Source: an uncultured Amylibacter sp.
Lineage (GTDB): Bacteria; Pseudomonadota; Alphaproteobacteria; Rhodobacterales; Rhodobacteraceae
Length of the DNA: 64,000 nucleotides
Assembly: GCA_905181935.1 (NCBI GenBank)
Contig: CAJIZV010000003.1
Location: 64,848-128,847, forward strand
Direction: 5' to 3'
This document shows positions 1 through 10,300 of the stretch, piece by piece (within the stretch, counting starts at the first letter, position 1; each line of letters begins with the position of its first letter). The translations under genes and the position numbers were made by a program. Under the pieces are notes generated by a model. It had not been told where the DNA came from. It did not search any database and saw nothing but the letters and a program-made list of their open reading frames with translations.

Positions 1-115
1 CCTACCTAAAAGCTTCACAATAGAACACCACCTCGAGTAATTTACTATTAATAGAACTGTTACATAAATATTATAATTAATAAAATAAAAGCCTAAAAAA
101 GCTTAAAGTTGCAAA

Positions 116-724
116 TTAATACTCTACACCAATCTGGGCTTTTACTCCTGAACGGAAAGGGTGCTTCAGTAATTCCATTTCTGTTACTAAATCCGCTATT
201 TCGATTAATGCTTCTTTTGCATTTCGACCTGTAATTACCACATGGGTCATTTCTGGTTTTTCTTCTACTAAAAATTCAACCACTTCGTTGATATCAACAT
301 AATCATACCTAATTGCTATATTTAACTCATCTAAAAGAACCATTGAATTAGATGGATCGCGGATCAGCTCTTTGGCTTTAGCCCATGCTGCTTGTGCCAT
401 CTCTGTATCACGTGTTTTGTCTTGTGTTTCCCAAGTGAAGCCTTCACCCATAGTATGAAATGAACAGATGTCAGTAAATCGCTCTAAAATCATATCACGT
501 TCACCGGTAGACATCCCACCTTTGATAAATTGTACCACTGCAGATTGCATTCCATGAGCAATATGGCGAAAGATCATTCCAAAAGCGGCAGTAGATTTCC
601 CTTTTCCCTTTCCAGTGTGAACAATGATTAACCCTTTTTTATCTGTTTTAGTAGCCATGATTTTATCACGTGCAGCCTTTTTTTTAGCCATTTTCATGGC
701 GTGACGCTCTGTATCATCTGACAT
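116..724 (-). CDS. cobO: cob(I)yrinic acid a,c-diamide adenosyltransferase (CobO/BtuR type)
   Basis: ORF 116..757 carries an IVHTGKGKGKSTAAFG P-loop and CobA/CobO-like sequence throughout. I moved the start to the ATG at 724 (MSDDTERH). It is the last gene of the cob cluster. Confidence 0.85.
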   Translation of the reverse strand: MSDDTERHAMKMAKKKAARDKIMATKTDKKGLIIVHTGKGKGKSTAAFGMIFRHIAHGMQSAVVQFIKGGMSTGERDMILERFTDICSFHTMGEGFTWETQDKTRDTEMAQAAWAKAKELIRDPSNSMVLLDELNIAIRYDYVDINEVVEFLVEEKPEMTHVVITGRNAKEALIEIADLVTEMELLKHPFRSGVKAQIGVEY

Positions 725-837
725 GGTACTATCCTTTAGGGTTAAGATTATTTGCATTTTGGCAGATCATAAAACTTATGCAACTGATCAAGTTGATTTT
801 TCTGAAATAGTTGGAATTTTAATTATTAGTGCAAGTT

Positions 838-3800
838 TTATTTATGTATTTTTAATATGCTTTCAATTCTTACTCGAGCAGAATTTGATTTGGGGGCCCA
901 CATCCCACGGTTAATAGCTTCTTGCAAACGTTCAGCCATTTCACGTAATGCGGATGGATTATGGCGTTCAATAAATGATCGAGTATCGTCATCTTCAATG
1001 AACGCTGCCTCTGCCATATCAAAATGGTGGTTTTTGACTGCTCCTGTCGTAGCAGCAAAGGCAAATAGATAATCTAAAGTAGCTGCCATTTCAAACGCAC
1101 CTTTATATCCATGCCGCTTCACACCATCTATCCACTTAGGGTTTACTACTCGGCTTCGCATGACACGTCCAATTTCTTCATCTAGAGTTCTAATAACTGG
1201 ACGTTCTGGTCGCGAATGATCATTATGATAAATTGGGCGATCGCGTCCTTGCAAAGTTGATACGGCCGCTGCTGCTCCACCTTCAAATTGGTAATAATCG
1301 TCGCTATCTAATATATCATGTTCTCGATTGTCTTGGTTCTGAACTACTGCATCTACATGGCTTAGTCGGGCCTCTAATGCACCTCTTGCGTGTTTCCCAT
1401 CAGAATTTTTTCCATAAGCATATGACCCCCATTCTAAATAACTATCAGCTAAATCTGCTTTGTTAGCCCAAAGTTTTTCATCAATCATTGCCTGCAATCC
1501 GGCGCCATAAGAACCTGGTTTTGATCCAAATACACGATATGAACTATCATCATTTTTTTCTGTGCGGAATTTTTCTGCAGCAGGATTAATATGATTTGGT
1601 TCATCCAATTGCATAACTGCGCGTGCGGCACTATCAACTAATGCCATTTGTTGTGGAAATGCGTCACGAAAAAAGCCAGAAACGCGCAATGTAACATCAA
1701 CGCGTGGGCGATCTAAAACACTTGCGGGCATTATTTCAAATCCAATTACTCTACGATTAGATTTGTCCCACTGTGGCTTAACACCCATTAATGCCAAGGC
1801 TTGAGCAATATCATCACCTCCAGTACGCATATTTGCCGTGCCCCATGCAGTTAATAATATTGCTTTTGGCCAATCACCATGATCTTGCAAGTGCTTTTCA
1901 ATAAGCAAGTTTGCAGACTTCCATCCTAGGGCCCAAGCTGTGGGCGTTGGTATGGCACGACTATCTACAGAAAAGAAGTTACGCCCAGTGGGTAAGACAT
2001 CTAAGCGCCCACGTGTTGGTGCACCTGATGGTGCCGGCGAAATAAATAACCCGTTAAGTGTATCTAATAATCCCTTACGCTCTGCATACCCACAGTTTGC
2101 TACGATTGGGCGAATTGTATTTTGGATTTCATCCAAAACTTGTTTGGATTTTGGCCAATCACCAATACTAGCCCCATCCAATAAACTTGTTGCAAGTGTT
2201 TCAATCCGCTCAATAGCATCACCATTAGTACGCCAGATGTCACTAACAATACTTTTTAGAACTTTTGGTTTTGGTCCGTGATAGGCCTCTCCCATTGAGC
2301 AATCTAATGGATCAAAGTTCATGTTGAGATCGAGGGCTAATGCTCTTTGAAGACTTTCATTTTTGCCTTTACCGTCACCTCTTGGCACTCGCGCTAAAGC
2401 AATGGATAAATCGCGTTCTAATCGACCAATTGGAGATGTTCCAAATATATGTAGACCATCACGGATTTGAGCCTCTTTTAATTCACATAAGTATTCGTCA
2501 AGCTTAGCTAAATCGCTGTCCTGTTCATCACCTGTCATACCTGCATCTAAATCAATTCCAGTAGCTGATGTTAAAGCTAAAATAGCTTGCCTCAAATGTT
2601 TTAGTCTTCGTGGGTCAACTCCAGCAGCTTCATAGTATTCGTCTACTAAAGCTTCTAACTCTCTTAAGGGACCATAGGTTTCTGCGCGTGTTAAGGGGGG
2701 GGTAAGGTGATCTACGATTACTGATGAAATACGGCGTTTGGCTTGTGTACCTTCACCTGGGTCATTCACAATAAAAGGATAGGCATTTGGAGTTGGTCCC
2801 ATTACAACTTCTGGCCAACATTCTTCAGATAGTGCAACTGCTTTGCCAGGCAACCATTCTAAATTACCATGTTTGCCCATATGGACTAATGCATGTGAGC
2901 TATAAGAAAACCTTAACCAAAAATAGAATGCTAAATAATTGTGGGGAGGGACCAAGTCGGGCGCATGATAAGTATCTTTAGGATCAATATTATACCCTCG
3001 AGCAGGCTGAACACCAACGCAGATGTTTCCAAACTCAAAGATTGATAACGCAAATCCATTCTCACCAAAAAATGGATCATTTTCGGGCTTTCCCCAACGC
3101 GTTTCTATTTGATTGCGTACTTCTAGTGGCAATGCTTTAAAGTGGAATAAATATTTTTGTAGTGACATTCGTTGGCCACCAGTTCTAGTCGTGCGATCAG
3201 TTAACCAATTTGTTGGTCCAGCTGTAATCAGTGACATTAAATTATCTGAGGAAGCAGGTAAGTCTTTAGTATGAAAGCCTTCATCAGTTAATAGTTTTAA
3301 CATGTCCACTGTAGCCTGGGGAGTGTCTAATCCTACGCCGTTTGCCAGCCGTCCATCCTTATTGGGATAGTTTGCAAGAATTAAGGAGACCTTTTTTTCT
3401 GTGGACTTTGTGTAACGTAATTTAGCCCAGTTTTTTGTAAGCTCGGCAACGTACTCTACGCGATCTCCACGGGCACGGTAACTGCCAATTGGGCATTCAG
3501 TAGCTTCATCAAAAAATACTTCACTTTTAAATGAAATGGCGCGGGTTAATACACGCCCGTCCACTTCTGGCAATGCAACATTCATTGCAATGTCACGCGC
3601 TGAAAGGCCGGTCAAACCCTCTTCCCAGGTAGCTTCAGACGATCCTGAAAGAACAACTTGGAAAACTGGGGCACGTTGCGCTGCCTTCATAATTAATGGA
3701 TTATTTACACCTGAATTTGGAACACTTTGGTCGGGTGAGCCAACTGCAAAACTTGTACAATTTAAAATAACATCTGGTGGAGAATCAATGAAAAAACTTT

Positions 3801-4548
3801 CTAATGTTGCAACCGAAAGTGGATCTTTCAGAGATGCTACAAATATAGGCATTGGATTTAGGCCACGGTGTATCAGGGCTTTGATTAATCTATTAATTGG
3901 ATGAAGCCCCGCGCCCTGAACCAATGCCCTATAAAATGTGATAGGCACTATAGGTGCGTTTTTGGTCCATGATTTATGGAGAGTTTGCATGTCAGCAATC
4001 CCGACCCCTGGCCAATATAAGCCAGCTTTTAATAATGGCTTAGGTGGATCAGGCCTTTCCCCATTATTTAATATTGATTGAGCATACAATAAAAAATTAC
4101 TGGAATTTTCAGGCCCACCTTCCACCATATATGCCCAAAGTGCATCCCAATCTGTACGATTTATTGTTGATAGCCGCCATAACTCTTCATCAGGCTTATC
4201 ATCGCCAGGTAATGCTACAAACTGAACCCCAGCAGCACCTAACCGAGATGCATATTGTTCAATTCCATATTTCCAATATCCAGTACCACCTAAAATCCGA
4301 GCAATAACAATCTTAGATTTTGATGCGCAATTATCTATATGTAAATCTATAGACATTGGATGCGACAGGTGTGTAAGGTTTGCTAGCCGTAAACTAGAAG
4401 CAAAATCTAAGTTTGTTCGAGCTTCTGAAAATGCTGCTAACTCTGTATCGGCAGCTGAAATAAACACTATATCTGCTGGAGTTTGGCCCAGATCAACTGC
4501 TTGAGTTTCATCGTCGATTTGTCCAGGAGTGGCTGCCAATAAATGCAT
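838..4548 (-). CDS. cobN: cobaltochelatase large subunit CobN
   Basis: The 1236-aa ORF has the length and sequence character of the CobN/Mg-chelatase H family. It is flanked by cobW and cobO. Confidence 0.9.
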   Translation of the reverse strand: MHLLAATPGQIDDETQAVDLGQTPADIVFISAADTELAAFSEARTNLDFASSLRLANLTHLSHPMSIDLHIDNCASKSKIVIARILGGTGYWKYGIEQYASRLGAAGVQFVALPGDDKPDEELWRLSTINRTDWDALWAYMVEGGPENSSNFLLYAQSILNNGERPDPPKPLLKAGLYWPGVGIADMQTLHKSWTKNAPIVPITFYRALVQGAGLHPINRLIKALIHRGLNPMPIFVASLKDPLSVATLESFFIDSPPDVILNCTSFAVGSPDQSVPNSGVNNPLIMKAAQRAPVFQVVLSGSSEATWEEGLTGLSARDIAMNVALPEVDGRVLTRAISFKSEVFFDEATECPIGSYRARGDRVEYVAELTKNWAKLRYTKSTEKKVSLILANYPNKDGRLANGVGLDTPQATVDMLKLLTDEGFHTKDLPASSDNLMSLITAGPTNWLTDRTTRTGGQRMSLQKYLFHFKALPLEVRNQIETRWGKPENDPFFGENGFALSIFEFGNICVGVQPARGYNIDPKDTYHAPDLVPPHNYLAFYFWLRFSYSSHALVHMGKHGNLEWLPGKAVALSEECWPEVVMGPTPNAYPFIVNDPGEGTQAKRRISSVIVDHLTPPLTRAETYGPLRELEALVDEYYEAAGVDPRRLKHLRQAILALTSATGIDLDAGMTGDEQDSDLAKLDEYLCELKEAQIRDGLHIFGTSPIGRLERDLSIALARVPRGDGKGKNESLQRALALDLNMNFDPLDCSMGEAYHGPKPKVLKSIVSDIWRTNGDAIERIETLATSLLDGASIGDWPKSKQVLDEIQNTIRPIVANCGYAERKGLLDTLNGLFISPAPSGAPTRGRLDVLPTGRNFFSVDSRAIPTPTAWALGWKSANLLIEKHLQDHGDWPKAILLTAWGTANMRTGGDDIAQALALMGVKPQWDKSNRRVIGFEIMPASVLDRPRVDVTLRVSGFFRDAFPQQMALVDSAARAVMQLDEPNHINPAAEKFRTEKNDDSSYRVFGSKPGSYGAGLQAMIDEKLWANKADLADSYLEWGSYAYGKNSDGKHARGALEARLSHVDAVVQNQDNREHDILDSDDYYQFEGGAAAAVSTLQGRDRPIYHNDHSRPERPVIRTLDEEIGRVMRSRVVNPKWIDGVKRHGYKGAFEMAATLDYLFAFAATTGAVKNHHFDMAEAAFIEDDDTRSFIERHNPSALREMAERLQEAINRGMWAPKSNSARVRIESILKIHK

Positions 4549-4590
4549 AAATCTACCTATTTAATCTTAAATTTAGTGTGGCGTTTTCCA

Positions 4591-5046
4591 TTATTTTAAA
4601 ATCTTATGCATACATACACTAAGTGGATCTTCAGTGTATTTTCCAAATGGTTCACAAAAAGAAAACCCATGCTTTTTATATAAATAATGTGCTGCATCCA
4701 ATCCAATACCAGTTTCCAAATACATTTGTTTGAAGCCTAGCTCTTTAGATAACGAAATTAAGTATATTAGTATCTGATCCGCTACCTTCTGTCCGCGTGC
4801 AATAGGATCAGTAAACATTGATTTTACTTCGGTGTAATTTTTGCATCTTAAAATTGCACCACAGCCTACAATATCATTTTTAATTTTACCTACTACAAAA
4901 GTAACCTTTGGTGCAGCCAATGCGTCAATTGATAGAAAGTGATTACTTTCCGATGGGTATAGATCTGACATTAGTTTATGGCTTTGATTTAGCAGGTATA
5001 ATGCTTTTGGCACTCGTGGGTCACAAGGTTCTACATTTATAATCAT
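4591..5046 (-). CDS. GNAT family N-acetyltransferase
   Basis: The 151-aa ORF has an acetyl-CoA-binding-type segment (ARGQKVADQIL...YKKHGF). Its ATG overlaps the cobW stop in an ATGA arrangement. Confidence 0.75.
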   Translation of the reverse strand: MIINVEPCDPRVPKALYLLNQSHKLMSDLYPSESNHFLSIDALAAPKVTFVVGKIKNDIVGCGAILRCKNYTEVKSMFTDPIARGQKVADQILIYLISLSKELGFKQMYLETGIGLDAAHYLYKKHGFSFCEPFGKYTEDPLSVCMHKILK

Positions 5047-6095
5047 TTAGTAAGGGCGCTAATAATTGCCGCTTGATTTAATCCCGTTTGCCCTATCACA
5101 ACAATCTTTGTTTGACGTGGAGACGTTCCAAAAGGTTGATCAAAATATGTATCTACACGTGGACCTACGGCCTGAATAGTCATCCGCATTGGTTTACCCT
5201 CAACTGCTATAAATCCCTTAAGCCGTAAAATATCATATTTACGAATTATATCTGCAACTTTAATAGCAAATGCCTTTTCATCTTTTATCTCACCGCAGTC
5301 TACTACAAAACTTTCAAAGTCGTCATGGTCATGATCATGGTGGTGTTCTTCATTTTCGCCGTGGTCATGGTGGTGGTGAACTTTGTGCCTAGAAGCCAAA
5401 TCACTTTCTGCACCAACGCCTTGACCTAAAAGAATATCAATAGGCAAGGCCCCCATAGTTGATGTTACGACTTGAACACCTTCACGGCTGTTGAACTTTA
5501 AATCTGTAATTATTTTTGCTGTCTCATCTTTTGTTAACAAATCAGATTTATTGATAACTATCATATCAGCACATGCGATTTGATCTCCATATAATTCAGA
5601 CAAAGGGGTCTCATGGTTCAAATTTTCATCTAGCTTGCGTTGTGCATCAATAGCTTCAATGTTATGAGCAAACCGTCCTTCAGTTACTGCTTTTCCATCT
5701 ACTACTGTAACTACCCCATCCACTGTAACTTTCGTTGAAATTTCCGGCCAATTAAAAGCGCGAATTAAAGGTTGGGGTAAAGCTAACCCTGATGTCTCAA
5801 TTACAATATGATCAGGTTTGTTTTCGCGTTCAAGTAATGCTTGCATTGTTGGAATAAAATCATCTGCAACTGTGCAACATATACATCCATTCGATAGTTC
5901 CATTATATCATCTTCAGTGCATGTTTCATCGCCACATCCTTTTAAGATGTCACCATCGACGCCTAAATCACCAAACTCGTTAATAATAAGTGCAATTCGT
6001 TTGCCTTGAGCATTTTGAAGCATGTGGCGAATTAGAGTTGTTTTCCCTGCGCCAAGAAAACCTGTCACTACAGTTGCTGGAATTTTTTGAGCCAT
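5043..6095 (-). CDS. cobW: CobW-type G3E GTPase metallochaperone
   Basis: N-terminal GFLGAGKTTL P-loop and a CICC motif. A His/Asp-rich tract HKVHHHHDHGENEEHHHDHDHDD is encoded at about 5320..5388. The product has the CobW C-terminal domain. Confidence 0.85.
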   Translation of the reverse strand: MAQKIPATVVTGFLGAGKTTLIRHMLQNAQGKRIALIINEFGDLGVDGDILKGCGDETCTEDDIMELSNGCICCTVADDFIPTMQALLERENKPDHIVIETSGLALPQPLIRAFNWPEISTKVTVDGVVTVVDGKAVTEGRFAHNIEAIDAQRKLDENLNHETPLSELYGDQIACADMIVINKSDLLTKDETAKIITDLKFNSREGVQVVTSTMGALPIDILLGQGVGAESDLASRHKVHHHHDHGENEEHHHDHDHDDFESFVVDCGEIKDEKAFAIKVADIIRKYDILRLKGFIAVEGKPMRMTIQAVGPRVDTYFDQPFGTSPRQTKIVVIGQTGLNQAAIISALTK

Positions 6096-6168
6096 AATTT
6101 GAAATGCCTTTTATTAAATAGAATCGGCCGAGCAAAGCTCGACCGATTAACAATATTGATTTTGATAG

Positions 6169-6816
6169 TTAGCCTAAACCTAATGCACTGAAGGCTGCGC
6201 CTTCAATTTCTTCAAGAGCCAAAAAGACACCTATACCAGTAACAAATGCACCAGACATACGGACTGATACTGCGGTAGCTTCTGTAGCTTTCCATATAGT
6301 AATGGCTACATTACCTGTTATAATTATGATCATGTATTGTATAATACCAAGGCCTAAAAGATATCCAATTAGAACTGAACTTCCAACTACAATTTCTTGT
6401 CCTGCAATTGAAGCACCAAATGCTGATCCATGAAAAAGACCAGTGAGTGCAAACAATATTATTGTTGATTTTAAATTCATATTACGTCCAGTGGCTACAA
6501 TTCCCCCTAGAGTTAATAATGATATTATAATCATTATTTCTGTTGCTGGAATGGCAAAGCCAAATGAAGATAGCAATGTACCAGTTAACATAGCGCTAAT
6601 GAAAGCTAAAGGCGCGCTATAGAGGCGAGTAGTGTACACAGCTACTATACCCACTAATGCAACAAAAAATAGGTGATCAAAGCCAAGTAAAGGATGGCCT
6701 ACGCCTGATAATATCCCGTGTATAAAAGTTTCCATTTTTGCACCTGCTAAAGGATGGTGGGCAAGTGCTGGGTTAGCAGCAAATAACGCTGTAGTAATCG
6801 TAATAAGTTTTTTCAT
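6169..6816 (-). CDS. HupE/UreJ family metal (probable cobalt) transporter
   Basis: Signal peptide followed by HHP, and a multi-TM hydrophobic protein typical of HupE/UreJ. I chose the ATG at 6816 (MKKL), which is preceded by GGGGA. It lies directly downstream of the B12 riboswitch. Confidence 0.8.
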   Translation of the reverse strand: MKKLITITTALFAANPALAHHPLAGAKMETFIHGILSGVGHPLLGFDHLFFVALVGIVAVYTTRLYSAPLAFISAMLTGTLLSSFGFAIPATEIMIIISLLTLGGIVATGRNMNLKSTIILFALTGLFHGSAFGASIAGQEIVVGSSVLIGYLLGLGIIQYMIIIITGNVAITIWKATEATAVSVRMSGAFVTGIGVFLALEEIEGAAFSALGLG

Positions 6817-6849
6817 TTGGGTCCCCAAAATTTATGTTTTGGGGGTGCA

Positions 6850-7140
6850 GAAGCGATGGGGCCAATGGCCTTTACCATCACGGAACACCCCGTCCGTTAG
6901 TGTGGTCGGCGCTCGCGCCGTTGCAAGGCTGGTTTCCTGACTCACGGATAGATCGCTTCACCCACCTTCCCAGCTTGCGCCAGTGGTTTTGGATGTCACT
7001 CTCCGCATACAGTCGCGGGGGCGGTTGTAGCTTTAGGCCCCTCTTTGGGTCATCCTTATCTACATTCCCATTTGATCCCCGGACGTTTGTTACATCTTTA
7101 ATGGGGAACCATGCAGGACCTGTGTGCCTTTTTGGTGTGA
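6850..7140 (-). promoter_or_regulatory. cobalamin (B12) riboswitch
   Basis: On the minus strand the conserved elements appear in order: GGTTCCCC..AAATGGGAA, CCGCCCCCGCGACTGTA, AACCACTGG..GGGAAGGTGGG, and the B12 box GAGTCAGGAAACCAGCC (plus coordinates 6927..6943). The block is GC-rich in an AT-rich genome and holds no credible CDS. Confidence 0.8.
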
Positions 7141-7321
7141 GGGGCGCAAGTGTGATTCCGACCTCTTAGCGATTTATCACGCCACAGCTACTTAGATTAT
7201 AAGGCAATTTTGCAATATCTTGTGGATAACTATATCCAAACCGCTAAATACAGGGTTTTTGTATTGACAGAATGGCCCGAAAATAGAGAATTTAATTTAA
7301 ATAAGAATCAAAGGCGGCTTT

Positions 7322-10300
7322 GTGCAGTTTAGTAAACTCAGATTGACAGGTTTTAAAAGTTTTGTAGATCCCACTGAATTGGTGATTGCTGACGGTTTGA
7401 CTGGTGTCGTTGGCCCAAATGGTTGTGGTAAATCTAATTTGTTAGAAGCACTGCGCTGGGTTATGGGTGAAAACCGTCCAAAAGCTATGCGTGGGGGAGG
7501 GATGGAAGATGTTATATTTGCAGGTGCAGCATCGCGCCCTGCGCGCAATTATGCAGAAGTTTCTCTACTAATTGACAATACTCAACGTCTTGCTCCCGCT
7601 GCTTTTAATAATCAAGATGTTTTAGAAGTTATTCGTCGTATTACCCGTGACGTTGGCTCTGCTTATAAAACAAATGGTAAAGATTCGCGAGCACGTGATG
7701 TTCAAATGCTATTTGCAGATGCCTCAACAGGAGCTCACTCGCCGGCACTTGTTCGCCAAGGACAAATAGCTGAACTTATTAATGCTAAACCCAAAGCACG
7801 CAGGCGAGTTTTGGAAGAAGCTGCTGGTATTTCAGGTTTATACCAACGACGCCACGAAGCTGAGCTTAAACTTAAAGGCGCAGAAACAAACCTTAATCGT
7901 GTAGATGATGTTGTAGAGCAACTTGAAAGCCAATTAGGCTCATTGGCACGCCAAGCTCGCCAAGCTAAGCGCTACCGCGAAATTGGTACAGAATTGCGCC
8001 AGTCTGAAGGTCTATTGTTATATCGCCGTTGGCGAGAATCAGATATTGCACGCCAAGCTGCTGTTGAAGAATTAACAATAGCAACTAAAGCTGCAGCAAA
8101 CGCTCAAACTGAAGCATTAAAGTCTTTAAAATTTCGTGAACTATGTGAAGGAAAAGTACCGCCCCTTCGCGAAGAGGAGGCAATATCATCTTCAGTTGTT
8201 CAGCGGTTGTCTGTCCAACGTGATACATTAGCTGATCAAGAGTTTAGGGCGCGAGATCAAATTGGAACACTGCAATCTCGTATTGAACAGCTTGGTAACG
8301 ATATCGAGCGCGAATCAGGCCTCAATAAAGATGCAGAGGAAACAATAGAACGTTTAGATTGGGAGCAGCAACAAATTGAAAAAGCCTCTCTTGGGCATGA
8401 CGGGAAATTAAACTCTGCTAATATAGCTGCGCGTGATGCTGCAGGCATTATGCAGGATAAAGAAAGTGAACTTGATAAGCTTTCAGAAGATGCTGCACGC
8501 CTATCTGCCCGACATCAATCTGCACACCGCTTATTAGAAGATGCCCAATCAGTCTTAAAAAAACGACAAGCAGATTCAGATGTTGCAGTTGGAAACGTAC
8601 TTACAGCAGAGGAATGCCTAGAAGAAGCACAAGAGCGCCTAGAGCAAGCCACAGCAACACGTGCAATCACGCAAGAGGTGATGTTAAAGTCTGAAGCAAA
8701 GCTTCTTGAAATTGAAAGTGAAAGGGTGCAAGTGCAGGCATCTGATAGTGATGCACGTGCAACTTTGTCTGAGGCAGAAGGTGAAGCAAATGCACTTAGA
8801 GCTGAGGTCGCAGCTTTAGATCGTGTTATTGCGCGCGATAGTGCGGACGGTAAACAATTATTGGACTCTATAAGGGCAAATAAAGGGTATGAAGCTGCAT
8901 TGGGAGCTGCATTAGCGGACGATCTAAAAGCCCCAATTGTTGAGGCAAGTGGAATATCTGGCTGGGCGCAAATGCCAACTTATTCCAATATTGCTAGCTT
9001 ACCTTCATGTGCTATTTCATTGAAAAAATATGTTGACGCTCCCTCTATTCTGGCTCGTCGCTTGGATCAAATTGGAATAGTCACTCGGGCAGATGGTGCA
9101 CGCTTACAAGGAGATTTGAAGCCTGGGCAACGCTTAGTTTCTGTTGATGGTGATTTATGGCGATGGGATGGTTTTCGACAAAGTGGTGAAGATGCCCCAT
9201 CGACTGCTGCCTTGCGACTTCAACAAATGAACCGAGTTGAAGAGTTGCGTGAAGGACTTACCTTAGCCTCAAATAGGCTAGAGGTGTCTAAAGAAAAATT
9301 TGATTATATACATAAAAATTTAGAAGATTTGATTCAGGCTGACCATACTGCGCGCATTGCTCGTAAATCAGCTGATGAAGAAGCAACAAATGCTAACCGC
9401 CAGATGTCTAGAGCTGAAGCAGATTGTGATATGTTGGCTGGTAAAATTGAAGCACTAAAGCTCGCCCAGGTAAGATTAGAAGAAGAAACCTATGCTTCTT
9501 CTGACATGCTAAAAGATTCTATGAAAAATGTGGCCAATTTGGGTGATTTAGAAACTGCCCGTAATCTTGTAGAGACAATAAAGATAGCAGTTGAAGCTGC
9601 GCGCATGACTATGATGACAAAGCGATCGATGTTTGATGAGGTGCGTCGTGAAGGTGAAGCGCGAACAAAGCGGCGCCAGGAAATTATTCAGGAAGTTTCT
9701 GGGTGGCGCCATCGTTTAACAACAGCAGAAAAACGCATATCTGAATTAGCTGAACGTAAAGATCTATCAAAACTTGAACTTAAATCTGCTATGGAAGCTC
9801 CAGAAGAAATCGCTGCAAAGCGTGATGAGCTATCAAAGGCAATTGTTACTGCAGAATATCGTATGGCTGCTGCATCAGATTTTTTAGCATTGGGTGAAAG
9901 TGAATTGCGCAAGTCTGAGCAAAGTGAGCGTGATGCTGAGCGTAGGGCTTCAGAAAATCGGGAAAAGCGCGCTCGAGCTGATGCTGTAGCTGAAGCTGCT
10001 GTGATTCAAGTTTCAACAGCATCAGATCGGATTCGTGAAGATCTAAGTATTAAACCTGAAGATTTATTCAAGACATTAGAAACTAATCCTGAAAAAATAC
10101 CAGCAGCAGATCGTATTGAAGCAGACGTTGCGCGCTTAAGACGGCAGCGTGATGCATTGGGTGCAGTCAACTTGCGTGCAGAAGAAGATGCGAAAGAAGT
10201 AAACGAAGAACGTGATGCCTTAGTCATCGAAAAAGAAGATTTAGAAGAAGCAATCAAAGCTCTTCGTGTAGGCATTTCTAGCTTGAATAAAGAGGGGCGT

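Noticed and set aside
857-4307. Several 60 to 120-aa ORFs antisense to, or out of frame with, cobN
   Set aside because: They are embedded in a long, clearly homologous CobN reading frame, and none has a recognisable family or translation signal.
6834-7169. 111-aa plus-strand ORF in the GC-rich block upstream of hupE
   Set aside because: It coincides exactly with the minus-strand cobalamin riboswitch. The ORF has no SD sequence and an odd Pro/Arg/Ser/Trp-rich composition produced by the GC-rich RNA gene.
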